Translations under genes and position numbers: made by a program
Notes under the pieces: generated by a model
Seen by the model: the letters and a program-made list of their open reading frames with translations, nothing else
Database searches by the model: none
Told to the model about the DNA's origin: nothing
In this document: positions 33,561-43,226 of the stretch, piece after piece
Layout: each line of letters starts with the position of its first letter
Position numbering within the stretch: the first letter of the stretch is position 1
DNA from: Alphaproteobacteria bacterium
GTDB taxonomy: Bacteria > Pseudomonadota > Alphaproteobacteria > GCA-2731375
Direction: 5' to 3'
Assembly (NCBI GenBank): GCA_965225945.1
Contig: CBDDBZ010000037.1
Location: 160,001-224,000, forward strand
DNA length: 64,000 bases

Positions 33561-33875
33561 ATGGCTTGGCACGAGGTCGCGCGGATCGATCAGTTGGACG
33601 ACGACGAGGTGCTCGGCGTCGAGGCGGCGGGAATTCCGGTCGCGGTTTATAAGCTCGACGGCGAATATTTCGCGACCAACGACATTTGCACACACGAGCA
33701 TGCCAAGCTCTCCGACGGCTATGTCGAGGACGGTTGCATCGAATGCCCGCTACACATGGGCATGTTCGAGATCGCCACCGGCAAGGCCATGGGCGCCCCG
33801 GTCGAGGTCGACATCGCCACCTATCCGGTCAAGCTGGAGGATGGGGCCATTCTGGTCGACCTGCCGGAGAATTAG
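33561..33875 (+). CDS. Rieske-type ferredoxin
   Basis: CTH...CPLH ligands. Confidence 0.92.
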   Translation: MAWHEVARIDQLDDDEVLGVEAAGIPVAVYKLDGEYFATNDICTHEHAKLSDGYVEDGCIECPLHMGMFEIATGKAMGAPVEVDIATYPVKLEDGAILVDLPEN

Positions 33876-33942
33876 TGGATAGAATCCACTAGACGCCGCG
33901 CCGCCGCGCCGGAGGCACGCACCAGACCAGGGGAGAGGCGCC

Positions 33943-35109
33943 ATGAGCCAGTCCGGGGCCCTCGCGGGCATCACCGTGATCGACATGACCCGCGTGCTCG
34001 CGGGTCCCTTCTGCACCCTGATGCTGGCCGAACTCGGCGCCCGGGTGATCAAGGTGGAGACGCCGGGCAGCGGCGACGACGCCCGCGCTTACGGCCCCTT
34101 CATCAACGGCAAGTCGGTCTATTTCGTCTCGGTGAATCGGGGCAAGGAATCGATCGCTCTCGACCTCAAGGACGAAGGCGATCGGGAGATCTTCGAGAAG
34201 CTGCTGGCCAAGGCCGACGTGGTCGTCGAGAACTACCGTCCCGGCACGATGGAGAAACTGGGCTACGGTTGGGAGGACCTGCACCGACGCCATCCCCGGC
34301 TGATCTACGCCGCCTGCTCCGGCTTCGGCCACACCGGCCCGCACAGCCGACGCCCCGCCTACGACATGGTGGTGCAGGCGATGGGCGGGATCATGAGCAT
34401 CACCGGTCAGCCCGGCGCGCCCCCGACCCGCGTCGGCATGTCGATCGGCGACATCGCCGCCGGCCTCTTCACGGCGATCGGGGTCAACGCCGCGCTCTAT
34501 GATCGCCAGATGACGGGCGAGGCGCGGAAGATCGACGTCGCCATGCTGGATTGCCAGCTCTCTCTCTGCGAGAACGCGATGGTGCGCTACAGCGCCACCG
34601 GCGAGGTACCGGGACCGCTCGGCGCCCGACATCCCTCGATCACGCCCTTCGAAGTGTTTCCCACCGCCGACGGCCACGTCATCATCGCCGCCGGCAACGA
34701 CGTCATGTACCGGCGGCTCTGCGAGGCGATTCTGCGGCCGGACCTGGCCGAGGATGCGCGCTACCAGACCAACCCGCTTCGCAACGAGCACCATGACGTG
34801 TTGATCGGCGAGCTGAACGCGGTGCTGGAACGGCGCGACACCGATCATTGGCTCGCCCTTCTCGACGCCGCCGGCGTGCCGGCGAGCGCGATCAACGACA
34901 TGGCGCGGGTCGCCGCCCATCCGCAGGTCGAGCCCCGTAACATGCTGGTCGAGGTTCCGGACGAGACCACGGGTACGCTCCGTGTCGCGGGCAATCCGAT
35001 AAAGCTTTCCGGTTACGAGGATCCGGCGACGCGGCAAAGCGCGCCGGATCTCGATCGCGACCGGGCCCGGATCCTGGAGGAGCTCGGGATCGCCCAGGCG
35101 GCCGAGTAG
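33943..35109 (+). CDS. CaiB/BaiF family III CoA-transferase
   Basis: LAGPFC, NRGKESIALDLK, ENYRPG and PAYD motifs. Confidence 0.93.
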   Translation: MSQSGALAGITVIDMTRVLAGPFCTLMLAELGARVIKVETPGSGDDARAYGPFINGKSVYFVSVNRGKESIALDLKDEGDREIFEKLLAKADVVVENYRPGTMEKLGYGWEDLHRRHPRLIYAACSGFGHTGPHSRRPAYDMVVQAMGGIMSITGQPGAPPTRVGMSIGDIAAGLFTAIGVNAALYDRQMTGEARKIDVAMLDCQLSLCENAMVRYSATGEVPGPLGARHPSITPFEVFPTADGHVIIAAGNDVMYRRLCEAILRPDLAEDARYQTNPLRNEHHDVLIGELNAVLERRDTDHWLALLDAAGVPASAINDMARVAAHPQVEPRNMLVEVPDETTGTLRVAGNPIKLSGYEDPATRQSAPDLDRDRARILEELGIAQAAE

Positions 35110-35181
35110 GCGTTCCGTCGGGGCTTCGGCCGGCCACCGAGCATGTAGCATGCAGCCGATGCGAGAGGGGAGGGGAATGGC

Positions 35182-35904
35182 ATGGGCTTGAGTGATTTCA
35201 AGGTCCTGACCTTCGATTGCTACGGCACCCTGATCGATTGGGAAAGCGGCATGGCGGCGGCGCTCGCCCCCCTGGTCGAGCGCTCGGCCCGGAGCCTGAC
35301 GCGGAACCAGATCCTGGAGGCGCATTCGCGCCACGAAGCGGCCCAGCAGGGCCAGACGCCGGGGATGCGCTACCGCGATCTGCTGGCCATCGTGCACAAG
35401 CGCCTGGCCGAGGAGTGGGGCGTGGCCGCGCGCTGGGAGGAGAGTGCGGCCTACGGCCGCTCCGTCGCCGATTGGCCGGCCTTCGGCGATACCGCCGATG
35501 CGCTCGCCTACTTGAAACGGCACTATAAGCTGGTGGTTCTTTCCAACGTCGACAACCGGAGCTTCGCCGCCAGCAACGCCCGGCTCGGTGTCGAATTCGA
35601 TGCGATCTACACCGCCGAGGACGTGGGCGCCTACAAGCCCTCGGACCGCAACTTCACCTACATGTTGGAAAAGCTCCACGGCCTCGGCATCGACAAGTCC
35701 GACATCCTGCACACGGCCGAGAGCCTCTATCACGATCATGTGCCGGCCAATCGCTTCGCGCTCGCCTCCTGCTGGATCCATCGCCGCCACGAGCAGGACG
35801 GCTTCGGCGCGACGGCGGACCCCGGTGGCGTCCCGCGCCACGATTTCCGCTTCGCCTCGATGGCCGAGATGGTCGAGGCGCACCGCCGCGAGGTCGGCGG
35901 CTGA
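35182..35904 (+). CDS. Haloacid dehalogenase type II
   Basis: FDCYGTLIDWE, LSNVD, YKPS and HTAESLYHDH motifs. Confidence 0.92.
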   Translation: MGLSDFKVLTFDCYGTLIDWESGMAAALAPLVERSARSLTRNQILEAHSRHEAAQQGQTPGMRYRDLLAIVHKRLAEEWGVAARWEESAAYGRSVADWPAFGDTADALAYLKRHYKLVVLSNVDNRSFAASNARLGVEFDAIYTAEDVGAYKPSDRNFTYMLEKLHGLGIDKSDILHTAESLYHDHVPANRFALASCWIHRRHEQDGFGATADPGGVPRHDFRFASMAEMVEAHRREVGG

Positions 35905-35943
35905 GCGCAGGCGCCGTCCCGGCGCTCGCCCGAGGCGGGATCG

Positions 35944-37068
35944 TTACGAGGTTTTGCCGCTCAGCCGGTCCAGTCGATCCCGCCTGAGGCGCGACAGGAA
36001 TCGCGTGTCGATGCCGGCGTTCACCGCCAGGCCCCGGTCCCGCTTGTACGTCACGATCGCCTTGCGGGTACGCGGTCCCATCAGGCCGTCGATCGGGCCC
36101 GGATCATGGCCCAGCCGGCGAAGCGCGAATTGCACGAAACGCAGTGTCGGCACGTCGCTTGTCGCCATGCCCGAGGCGGTCTCGTTCTTACGCGCGTCGG
36201 CGGCGCGTCGCGCCCGCTCGAGTGCCGCCGCCGTCAGCTTGCCGGCGATCGCGTCGCGGAGTTTCTTGGCGCCCGCATGGCCGCCGCGCGCGGCGCTCTC
36301 CAGCCAGAAGAAGGCTTGTTCCTCATCCCTAGGTAGGCCGAGCCCGCCGCCCCATGCAACGCCCATCATGAATTGCGCCGGGGCATAGCCAGCCCGCGCC
36401 CCCTTGGCGTACCAGCGGGCCGCCCAGGCGCGGTCCTTGGCCGTGCCGAGGCCGCGCGAATGGGCCAGACCCAGATCGTGCATCGCCTCGACATGGTTCT
36501 GTCCGGCGGCGGCGGCGAGCCATTCGAGCCCCTCCGCCTCGTCGCGGAGCGTGCCGTGCCCGCGCATCCGCGCCCGGCCGAGCCGGTATTGCGCGCCGGC
36601 GTGACCCTGCTCCGCCGCGCGCTCGAACCAGGCGGCGGCGCGGACCGCGCTCTTCTCCATGCCGACGCCGTTCAGATGCATCAGGCCCAGGAAGAATTGC
36701 GCCTCCAAATGTCCCGCTTCGGCGGCGCGGCGGAACCAGCGGCCGGCGGCGACGTCGTCGCGTGGCGCGCCGGCGCCGACCTTGTGGGCGAGACCGACGA
36801 GAAACCGTGCCTCGACGTGACCGGCCTCGGCCGCGCGGCGAAAGTGCGCCGTCGCCCGGACGTCGTCGCGCGGCACTCCGTCGCCGTTCTTGTAGCGAAG
36901 CCCCTCGCGATAGGCCTGTTCGGCGGGATCGACCGGTTGCCTCGCCGCCGCTTGGGCCGGTTCGGCATCGGAGGAGGTTCTCCGCGCGCCCTCGTTGCCG
37001 GTGACGCAGGCCGCGAGCCAGAGCGATGTAAGCAGGGAAAGTAGCCGGACCGGCGGGCGCGCTGTCAT
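35944..37068 (-). CDS. Sel1-repeat lipoprotein with C-terminal peptidoglycan-binding domain
   Basis: LAAC lipobox, several AAEAGH/AAEQGH Sel1 repeats, LGHDPGPIDGLMGPRT. Confidence 0.88.
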   Translation of the reverse strand: MTARPPVRLLSLLTSLWLAACVTGNEGARRTSSDAEPAQAAARQPVDPAEQAYREGLRYKNGDGVPRDDVRATAHFRRAAEAGHVEARFLVGLAHKVGAGAPRDDVAAGRWFRRAAEAGHLEAQFFLGLMHLNGVGMEKSAVRAAAWFERAAEQGHAGAQYRLGRARMRGHGTLRDEAEGLEWLAAAAGQNHVEAMHDLGLAHSRGLGTAKDRAWAARWYAKGARAGYAPAQFMMGVAWGGGLGLPRDEEQAFFWLESAARGGHAGAKKLRDAIAGKLTAAALERARRAADARKNETASGMATSDVPTLRFVQFALRRLGHDPGPIDGLMGPRTRKAIVTYKRDRGLAVNAGIDTRFLSRLRRDRLDRLSGKTS

Positions 37069-37081
37069 GGCCGGATCATGC

Positions 37082-37462
37082 TCAGACGTTCCGGTAATAG
37101 TTGAAGGAGACCGAGGCGTCACTGTGGTCGTTGCCCCGCTCGCGCACGCAGATCCGTTTGATCAGGTGAAGCTCGGTATAGTCGCCGCTTTCCTCGTAGG
37201 GGTATTCGTCCCAGTTCTTGCCACGGTCCTTGGTCACCAGGATCTTGACCCGGGCGACGATCTCACTGGGATCGTCGCCCTCGAAGAACAGGTCGTCCGC
37301 GCCGATGATCTTGCCGCGCCGGTCGTTGCCGTACCATTTGCGGACCTTCACGATTTTGCCGTCGTCGACGAAGGTGAGCTTGATGGAGTGCATGAAACGG
37401 CTGGCCACGCCGCAAAAGGTCACGATCGGCGTGTTCTTCGGCAAGGTGATGGTCGTGCTCAT
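37082..37462 (-). CDS. Hypothetical protein, 126 aa
   Basis: ORF with GGGA RBS-like sequence and GC-rich third positions; no family recognised. Confidence 0.6.
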   Translation of the reverse strand: MSTTITLPKNTPIVTFCGVASRFMHSIKLTFVDDGKIVKVRKWYGNDRRGKIIGADDLFFEGDDPSEIVARVKILVTKDRGKNWDEYPYEESGDYTELHLIKRICVRERGNDHSDASVSFNYYRNV

Positions 37463-37532
37463 GCTTCCCGGCTCCCGATCGCTCGCGTCATGCCAGCAGC
37501 CCCGACGGGCGCCATCCCGTGCCGCTGCGCGG

Positions 37533-37847
37533 TCATGGAATTTCCAACTGCAGGCCGATCGATCCCGCGTAGATGATCATGGACTTCTCGGCCTTTTGCG
37601 GAACCGGGATGTTGTAGGCGCGGCAATGCGCGATCAGCGCCGCGATGACCTCGTCCTCGCTCAGCGAGAGGGCGATGCCGTCGCCGTCCTTGGCCAGCAC
37701 CTGGATGGAGATGCCGGATTCATTGCTGATCGAGAGACGGCCCATCTCGTCCGGATCGCCGGCTTCCCGCGCTCCCGGGTGGTGGACGGCAATCGCGTCC
37801 TTGATGTCGGCGTTGTCGAAGACGATGGTACGCGTTTCGCTCGGCAT
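37533..37847 (-). CDS. Hypothetical protein, 104 aa
   Basis: MPSETRTIVF...AALIAHCRAYNIPVP; GGAG RBS upstream. Confidence 0.7.
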   Translation of the reverse strand: MPSETRTIVFDNADIKDAIAVHHPGAREAGDPDEMGRLSISNESGISIQVLAKDGDGIALSLSEDEVIAALIAHCRAYNIPVPQKAEKSMIIYAGSIGLQLEIP

Positions 37848-38008
37848 GACGTGTGCTCCCCGCTGCCCATGGCCGCGTCGCGGGGAGTGTAACAGTGTTA
37901 GCGGTGGTTCCAGGGTGCGCTTATATGGTGCTCTTTTTGAGCGGTCGGTGGCGGTTGGCTGACGGGATGCTTTTGGGCTTGGCTGATTTTGTTTCGCGCT
38001 GTGGCTAT

Positions 38009-38905
38009 TCAGTCGAGGGGCCGGTCATCGATCTGGAGCGGTTCGCCGGCGCGGTCGCGCATGAGCATGTCGTTCCAGTCCAGGCCGTCGAGGGCAGGGC
38101 GCAGGCGGACGACCCTGCTGTCGTTTCGGATGAGCCGTGCCGCGGCGTCATCGCCCTGGCGGGTGGCGTCGTAGGCGCAGAAGATCCGGCCGGGGTTCCA
38201 GGCCTCGATCCATTCGGGGAGGCTTGCGGTGGCGCCGCCGGTTGAGACCACGGCGCATCCCTTGCGCCCGGCCGGGACGAGGTGGAGGGAGAGGACCGAC
38301 AGGGCGTCGATTGCGTTCTTGGCGAGGATGACGGAGTTCGGCCAGTCGGGTTCCCACGACATCCAGAAGCCGCCGCGCGCGGCGGCGCCGGTCGGCGCGA
38401 GGCGGCGTGGCGCCGCGGCAGGGACGATCTCGGCGCCGAGAGCCTCGCCGGCCGCGTTTCGGCGGACGAACACGGCGTTGCCGTGGCGGTCGGCGTAGAG
38501 CAAGCCGAGGTCGCGGCACAGGGCGACGAGCACATCCGCGAGGCCGCGCTGCTCGACGAGGTAGCTCTGGATGGCGGGCCAGTGGCGGTCCGGGCACGGC
38601 GGCTTCGGGTGGCGATCGGCCGGGAACCGGTCACGGCACGGCAGTTCCGAGAAGAAGCCGAGGGCCTCGGGCACGGTGCACCGGCAGGCATGGATTACCA
38701 GGTCGATCGCTCCGCCCCCGCCCTCGCCGCGCAGATGTTCGTAGAACATAAAGCCGTTGATGCTGACGACGGATCCGGGACGCCTCCAGCGCGCGGCATC
38801 GGTGGGATCGCGGCGGTAGCCGAGGCGGCGGACGACGTCTTCGAGGGGATAGCCTCGCAGGGCCTCGGCCCGCACCCGCCGGTCCCAGAGGCGGGGACCA
38901 TCCAT
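38009..38905 (-). CDS. DUF3991/Toprim primase-like protein with degenerate acidic motifs
   Basis: GGGAIDLVIH, YLVEQRGL...LYADRHGNAVF, AIDALS, STGG, AYDA and DWND motifs. Confidence 0.8.
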   Translation of the reverse strand: MDGPRLWDRRVRAEALRGYPLEDVVRRLGYRRDPTDAARWRRPGSVVSINGFMFYEHLRGEGGGGAIDLVIHACRCTVPEALGFFSELPCRDRFPADRHPKPPCPDRHWPAIQSYLVEQRGLADVLVALCRDLGLLYADRHGNAVFVRRNAAGEALGAEIVPAAAPRRLAPTGAAARGGFWMSWEPDWPNSVILAKNAIDALSVLSLHLVPAGRKGCAVVSTGGATASLPEWIEAWNPGRIFCAYDATRQGDDAAARLIRNDSRVVRLRPALDGLDWNDMLMRDRAGEPLQIDDRPLD

Positions 38906-38907
38906 GG

Positions 38908-39696
38908 CTACGCCGGCGGCGGTTCCCCGCGGTCCTGCGCGCCGGCCTTGCCGGCTCGCCGCCGGCGGCGCTCGGCGCTGCGCTGCTTCTGGCGTTCCTC
39001 GGCCTCCTTGCGGCGCCAGGACTCGGCGTCGATGGCGATGATCTCGGCGTTGTGGACGAGGCGGTCGACCAGGGCGACGAGGCAGGCGGCGTTGGGGAAG
39101 GCCTCACCCCACTCGGCGAAGGGCCGGTTGGTGGTGATTATGGTGGAGTTCTGCTGGCTGCGGCTGGAGACGATGTTGAACAGCAGATCGGCATGGCGGT
39201 TGCTGTAGGACAGGTATCCGACCTCGTCGATCACCAGCAGGTGCTGGCGGGCGTAGAAGCGCAGCCTGCGCTGAAGCAGGGTGTCGCTGTCGAGGGCGGC
39301 GAGCTCGCCGAGCATGCTGGCCGCGGTGGCGAAGCGCACGGTGTGGCCCTCGAGGACGGCGCGGTGGGCGATATTGGCGGCGATGGTCGACTTGCCGACG
39401 CCGTTTGGGCCGACCAGGACGACGTTGGCGGCCTCGTTGAGGAACTCGAGGCTCATGAGATCCTCGACGGCCATGCGGTCGCAGCGGCGCGGCCATGCCC
39501 AGTCGAAGTCGGCGAGCGGCTTGAACTGTCCGAGGCGGGCGTCGCCGAGGCGGCGCTTGAGGCTGCGGCTTCGCCGTTCCTCCTCTTCCCAGGCGACCAG
39601 CGCAGCGGGCCAGTCATGCCCGGCGACCTCGCCCCAGTGGGCGGCGAGGCCGTGCAGGCCGAGCGCCCGGGCACGGCCCATGAGGGTATCGTTCAT
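38908..39696 (-). CDS. istB: IS21 helper AAA+ ATPase
   Basis: [12 protein letters not shown] (Walker A), LLVIDEVGY (Walker B), ITTN and DRLVH; ATGA overlap with istA. Confidence 0.95.
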   Translation of the reverse strand: MNDTLMGRARALGLHGLAAHWGEVAGHDWPAALVAWEEEERRSRSLKRRLGDARLGQFKPLADFDWAWPRRCDRMAVEDLMSLEFLNEAANVVLVGPNGVGKSTIAANIAHRAVLEGHTVRFATAASMLGELAALDSDTLLQRRLRFYARQHLLVIDEVGYLSYSNRHADLLFNIVSSRSQQNSTIITTNRPFAEWGEAFPNAACLVALVDRLVHNAEIIAIDAESWRRKEAEERQKQRSAERRRRRAGKAGAQDRGEPPPA

Positions 39697-41198
39697 TGCT
39701 CGCTGTCCTCCTCGGGTTCGCCGGCCAGCCCGTCGTATCCGACGAGGTCGTGATCGCGGACAGTGATGTCGCGCACTCTCGGATCGCCGGGCAGTTCGAC
39801 GGGGATGGGCGGGGGTTGGTGCCGCAGCTCGCGCCGCCGGGTCAGGCTCAGGCGCACGGCGTTGGGATGGGGAACGTCCCGCTTCAGGGCCTCGTCGATG
39901 GCCGCCTCGAGCTCGGCGGCGCCGTAGGCGTCGAGGAGGCGCAACAGGGCGGCGACGGTGGCGCCTATATAGCCGCCGCGCTGGGCGGCCTCGGCGAGCA
40001 GGCGCTCGCTGTTGGGCGCGGCCTGGACCAGCCGGTCCTGGCCGCGAAGGCGGCGGGCATGGCTCTTGCGCCTGACCAGCTCGGCGATGTGCTCGGGGTT
40101 CTCGATGCGGGCCGCCTTGTCGAAGCTGCGCGGATGGCTGGCGATGACGTCCACACCGTCGAGGATGCGCACCTCGTCGAGCGTCGCGACCACGACGAGG
40201 GTGCGCCGCACATGGGTGTGCGGCACGCTGTAATCGTTGAGATCGAAGCGGGCGTAGGGGGTCTTGCCGATGGCGACCTCGACCCGGTCGTGGTCGGGGA
40301 AGGGATCGCCGGGCAGCGCGATGAGAGAGCCGCGTTCCCGCTCGAAGGCCTCGCGCACGGTGATCGAGCGGTCTTCGGGCCAGGGGCGGTCGGCGGCGAT
40401 GCCGTGGCACCAGGCCAGGGCCTGGGCGTTGAGATCGTCGATATCGCGCCACCGGCGGGCGGCGAAGAAGCTGGTCCGGACATAGCGAATCGCCCGCTCC
40501 ACGCGCCCCTTCTCGTTGCCGCGCGCGACCGCGACGGGCTTGGGCAGGAAGTGGTAGTGGCCGGCGAGGTCGAGGATCCGGGGATTGAACCGGATGGCGG
40601 CGCCGCGGCGCTCCAGCACGACGCTCTTCAGGTTGTCGTACCAGAGCTCGCGGGGCACGCCCTGCCACGCCTCGAAGGCTTCGACATGGCCGCGCAGGAA
40701 GTTGCTCATCCCGGCGTCGAGGTAGAAGCGCAGGAAGATCCGCCGCGAGTAGCTGAGAACCATCACGAAGCCCATCAGGCGGCGCTCCGCGCGGCCGATC
40801 GTCACCTTGCCGAAGTGTCCCCAGTCGACCTGGGCCTGCTCGCCGGGAAGGGTCTTGAGGCGCAGATAGGCCTCGGCCACGGGCCTGGGCCTGAAGTGGC
40901 TGAGCAGATGACGGAAGTGGTCGCCGCCGCCCGGATAGCCGCGTTCGCGCACCATCTGGTAGAGCCGGCTGGCGGGCAGCGTCGGCCAGGATGCCAGCGT
41001 CTCGGCGATGAACGGCACGTATGGATCGATCATCGACGGCCTGGGCGACCTCGCGTCCCGGGGCTCGCCGGCCGCGGTGAGGAGGCGCTCGACGGTGTAG
41101 CGATGCACGCCGAGCTGGCGTGTGATCGTGCCGACCGTCCACTTCTCGACGTGATACAGGCGCAGGATCTCCGCGCGGGTCTCCTTGTCGATGGTCAT
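39693..41198 (-). CDS. istA: IS21 DDE transposase
   Basis: [20 protein letters not shown] and KGRVERAI motifs. Confidence 0.96.
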   Translation of the reverse strand: MTIDKETRAEILRLYHVEKWTVGTITRQLGVHRYTVERLLTAAGEPRDARSPRPSMIDPYVPFIAETLASWPTLPASRLYQMVRERGYPGGGDHFRHLLSHFRPRPVAEAYLRLKTLPGEQAQVDWGHFGKVTIGRAERRLMGFVMVLSYSRRIFLRFYLDAGMSNFLRGHVEAFEAWQGVPRELWYDNLKSVVLERRGAAIRFNPRILDLAGHYHFLPKPVAVARGNEKGRVERAIRYVRTSFFAARRWRDIDDLNAQALAWCHGIAADRPWPEDRSITVREAFERERGSLIALPGDPFPDHDRVEVAIGKTPYARFDLNDYSVPHTHVRRTLVVVATLDEVRILDGVDVIASHPRSFDKAARIENPEHIAELVRRKSHARRLRGQDRLVQAAPNSERLLAEAAQRGGYIGATVAALLRLLDAYGAAELEAAIDEALKRDVPHPNAVRLSLTRRRELRHQPPPIPVELPGDPRVRDITVRDHDLVGYDGLAGEPEEDSEQ

Positions 41199-41635
41199 CT
41201 CACCCCCTTTCCCGTCGGGCGCAGCCCCGGATAGACCGCCTGCCCGCAGAACCGGCCGCAGCGATCGCAGCGGAAGACCCTGGCGGGCCGCTCGTGCCCG
41301 AAGGGCCGTGTTCCGGGACGCCCTGCCGGCGTCCGCACCACAACAGGACGCCGCCGCGCGGCGGTCAAAGGGTGATGCGTCACTTCCTGCCCGCGGCGCC
41401 GATTCACCGGCGTCCGGCGCCGCCGGCGTTCGCGATAGCGCCGCTGGCGCTCAGCATGCTTGTGACGGCCCCGCCGGCTGTTCTGGTAGCGCTGCCCGGC
41501 ATGGCGCTGCGATCGCCGGCGCACCCGATCGCTGCAGCTCCGTGAACAGTAGATGTTGCCGTGGTCGCAGTGCCGGCAGAGAACCACCTGTTGATGGCAC
41601 GAGGCGCAGTTGAACAGGCGGGCGGTGTTCTTCAT
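41195..41635 (-). CDS. Cys-rich basic putative Zn-binding protein inside the IS21 element
   Basis: CASC..CRHC..CSRSC, Arg-rich helix and C-terminal CDRCGRFC; stop overlaps the istA ATG. Confidence 0.7.
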   Translation of the reverse strand: MKNTARLFNCASCHQQVVLCRHCDHGNIYCSRSCSDRVRRRSQRHAGQRYQNSRRGRHKHAERQRRYRERRRRRTPVNRRRGQEVTHHPLTAARRRPVVVRTPAGRPGTRPFGHERPARVFRCDRCGRFCGQAVYPGLRPTGKGVR

Positions 41636-41865
41636 CGCGCAGCCGATGAGAACGGGGTGGACCCACGCCCAAACCCGCACGATACTGCGCATATGGGTCG
41701 TGCCTTGCATGGCTCGGGGGGTGCGGTGCCGGTCGTTGCCAGCAAGCAAACGGGGCCGGCGCCGCATCGTTCTCAGCGGCCCGAGTGTACTCCCGCGGCT
41801 CCCCTTGTCAGGTCCGCGGAACCGCCGCCGCCAGCCAGCCAAAACAGGAATCGAGACGCCCGCCC

Positions 41866-41933
41866 GCGGTGGATAAGCAGCCCGCCGCCGCCAGACTCTT
41901 GGCGGTCGCCGCGGCGGGCTACTTACCCACCGC
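41866..41933 (-). other. Long hairpin in the IS21 leader region
   Basis: 23-bp arms at 41866-41888 and 41911-41933 match 21/23; inner stem CGCCA-n6-TGGCG. Confidence 0.75.
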
Positions 41934-42182
41934 TGCGCCGAGCCAACTCCCGCCTGCAAACCACGCAGCTACAGCGCCACGATGCCCGATGTCGCTGAAA
42001 TCACCATCTAAGCGCGGTTTTTCATCGCCACCGACAGTAACAGAACCGCTTTTGCTATTCATCGCAAAACCCGGGCCGTCGTGTGTCGCAATGGCACGGG
42101 AATCGCCCGCCGAGGCGATTGCTATGATATCGGAGGGAAATATTCTACCGCCGGTCGGAAACGGCCGGTCGGCATTCCGAAA

Positions 42183-43207
42183 GGCTCAATTCGTGAATTG
42201 TATGCGTCACCTTGTTACGGCGGCGGCGAGGCAGGCTCGGTCATTGGCGCCGGGGGCGAGGCCGACGAGGTGGAACCAGCTCAGGTAGTTGTCCAGATAG
42301 CGGGTGGCGATGCCGCGGCGGGGACGCAGGAAGTCCTTCAACCGGCTGTGGCGGCTGTTCACCGTCTGCACATGCAGATCGCCCCGAACCCGTTCCCCCA
42401 TCGAGCGGTTGAGTGCTTCGTGGCTCACCCCGAGCGCGGCGGCGCACGGTGGGTAGCTCGCGCCGCCGTCGGAGACCAGCAGGGCGTCCTTCGCGACCAC
42501 CGGGTCGAGGGCAGCCGTGAGCGCCGCCGCATCGACCCTGGGCAGCACCGCGCTGACCGTCGTTCCGCTCCGGTCCGCCGCCATGAGAACCGGTACCTGC
42601 TCGCGCGAGAGGCCGCGCTTCTTCGCCTTGCCGCCCCGCCGCCGTGCCTTGCGCCCCAGCCCGCGCGCGCCCTTCCGGCTCTCCAGGACGTAGGTCTCGT
42701 CCGCTTCCACGATCCCCTTGAGCACCTCCGAATCGCTCCGCGCCGCCGCCAGAAACCGGTGACGCCAGCGGAACGCCGTGCTCACCGCCACGTCGCAGCG
42801 CGCCGCCGAGGCCTTCACCGTCTCCCCCTTCGCCAGCGACGCCCCGAACGACAGCCAGCGTTCCTTGTGGTGCAAGCCCGACAGCGGCGTACCGCTCAGC
42901 GCGTTGAAGGTCCTGCCGCAGCCCTTGCACTGGTAGCGCCGCAGACCCCGCGCCATACCGCGCGAAACCGCCCCTTCGCTCGCGCAGTGCGGACAGCGCC
43001 GGGCCTCGTCCACACCAAGCTCGATCGCGGCCTTCGATGCCTCGCCCTCGCTCCGGCCCGACAGCACCGCGAGCGCCTCGCGCCGCTGCGCGCGCGTCAG
43101 CCCGCGCGCCGCCGAAAGCCACACCTGGAAACCCTTGCCGTCCATAACCCAACCTCCTGACGTTCCAGGCACTCTATCACTAATGCATACAATTCACGAA
43201 TTGAGCC
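42183..43207 (-). mobile_element. IS1595-family element (ISPna2-like), 1025 bp
   Basis: Perfect 23-bp TIR GGCTCAATTCGTGAATTGTATGC; flanks TTCCGAAA / TTCAGAAA match 7/8. Confidence 0.93.
42207..43145 (-). CDS. IS1595-family transposase
   Basis: CPHC..CKGC Zn ribbon, VEADETY, VSDG and HVQTVNSRHSRLK..GIATRYLDNYL motifs. Confidence 0.93.
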   Translation of the reverse strand: MDGKGFQVWLSAARGLTRAQRREALAVLSGRSEGEASKAAIELGVDEARRCPHCASEGAVSRGMARGLRRYQCKGCGRTFNALSGTPLSGLHHKERWLSFGASLAKGETVKASAARCDVAVSTAFRWRHRFLAAARSDSEVLKGIVEADETYVLESRKGARGLGRKARRRGGKAKKRGLSREQVPVLMAADRSGTTVSAVLPRVDAAALTAALDPVVAKDALLVSDGGASYPPCAAALGVSHEALNRSMGERVRGDLHVQTVNSRHSRLKDFLRPRRGIATRYLDNYLSWFHLVGLAPGANDRACLAAAVTR

Positions 43208-43226
43208 TTCAGAAAGGCGGCGTGGC

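Larger units (their letters stand above)
37896..42036 (-). mobile_element. Enlarged IS21-family element, 4141 bp, four genes
   Basis: TGT...ACA termini sharing GCGCTTAnATGGTG at positions 22-35 of both ends; 7-bp TSD GTAACAG at 37889-37895 and 42037-42043. Confidence 0.88.
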
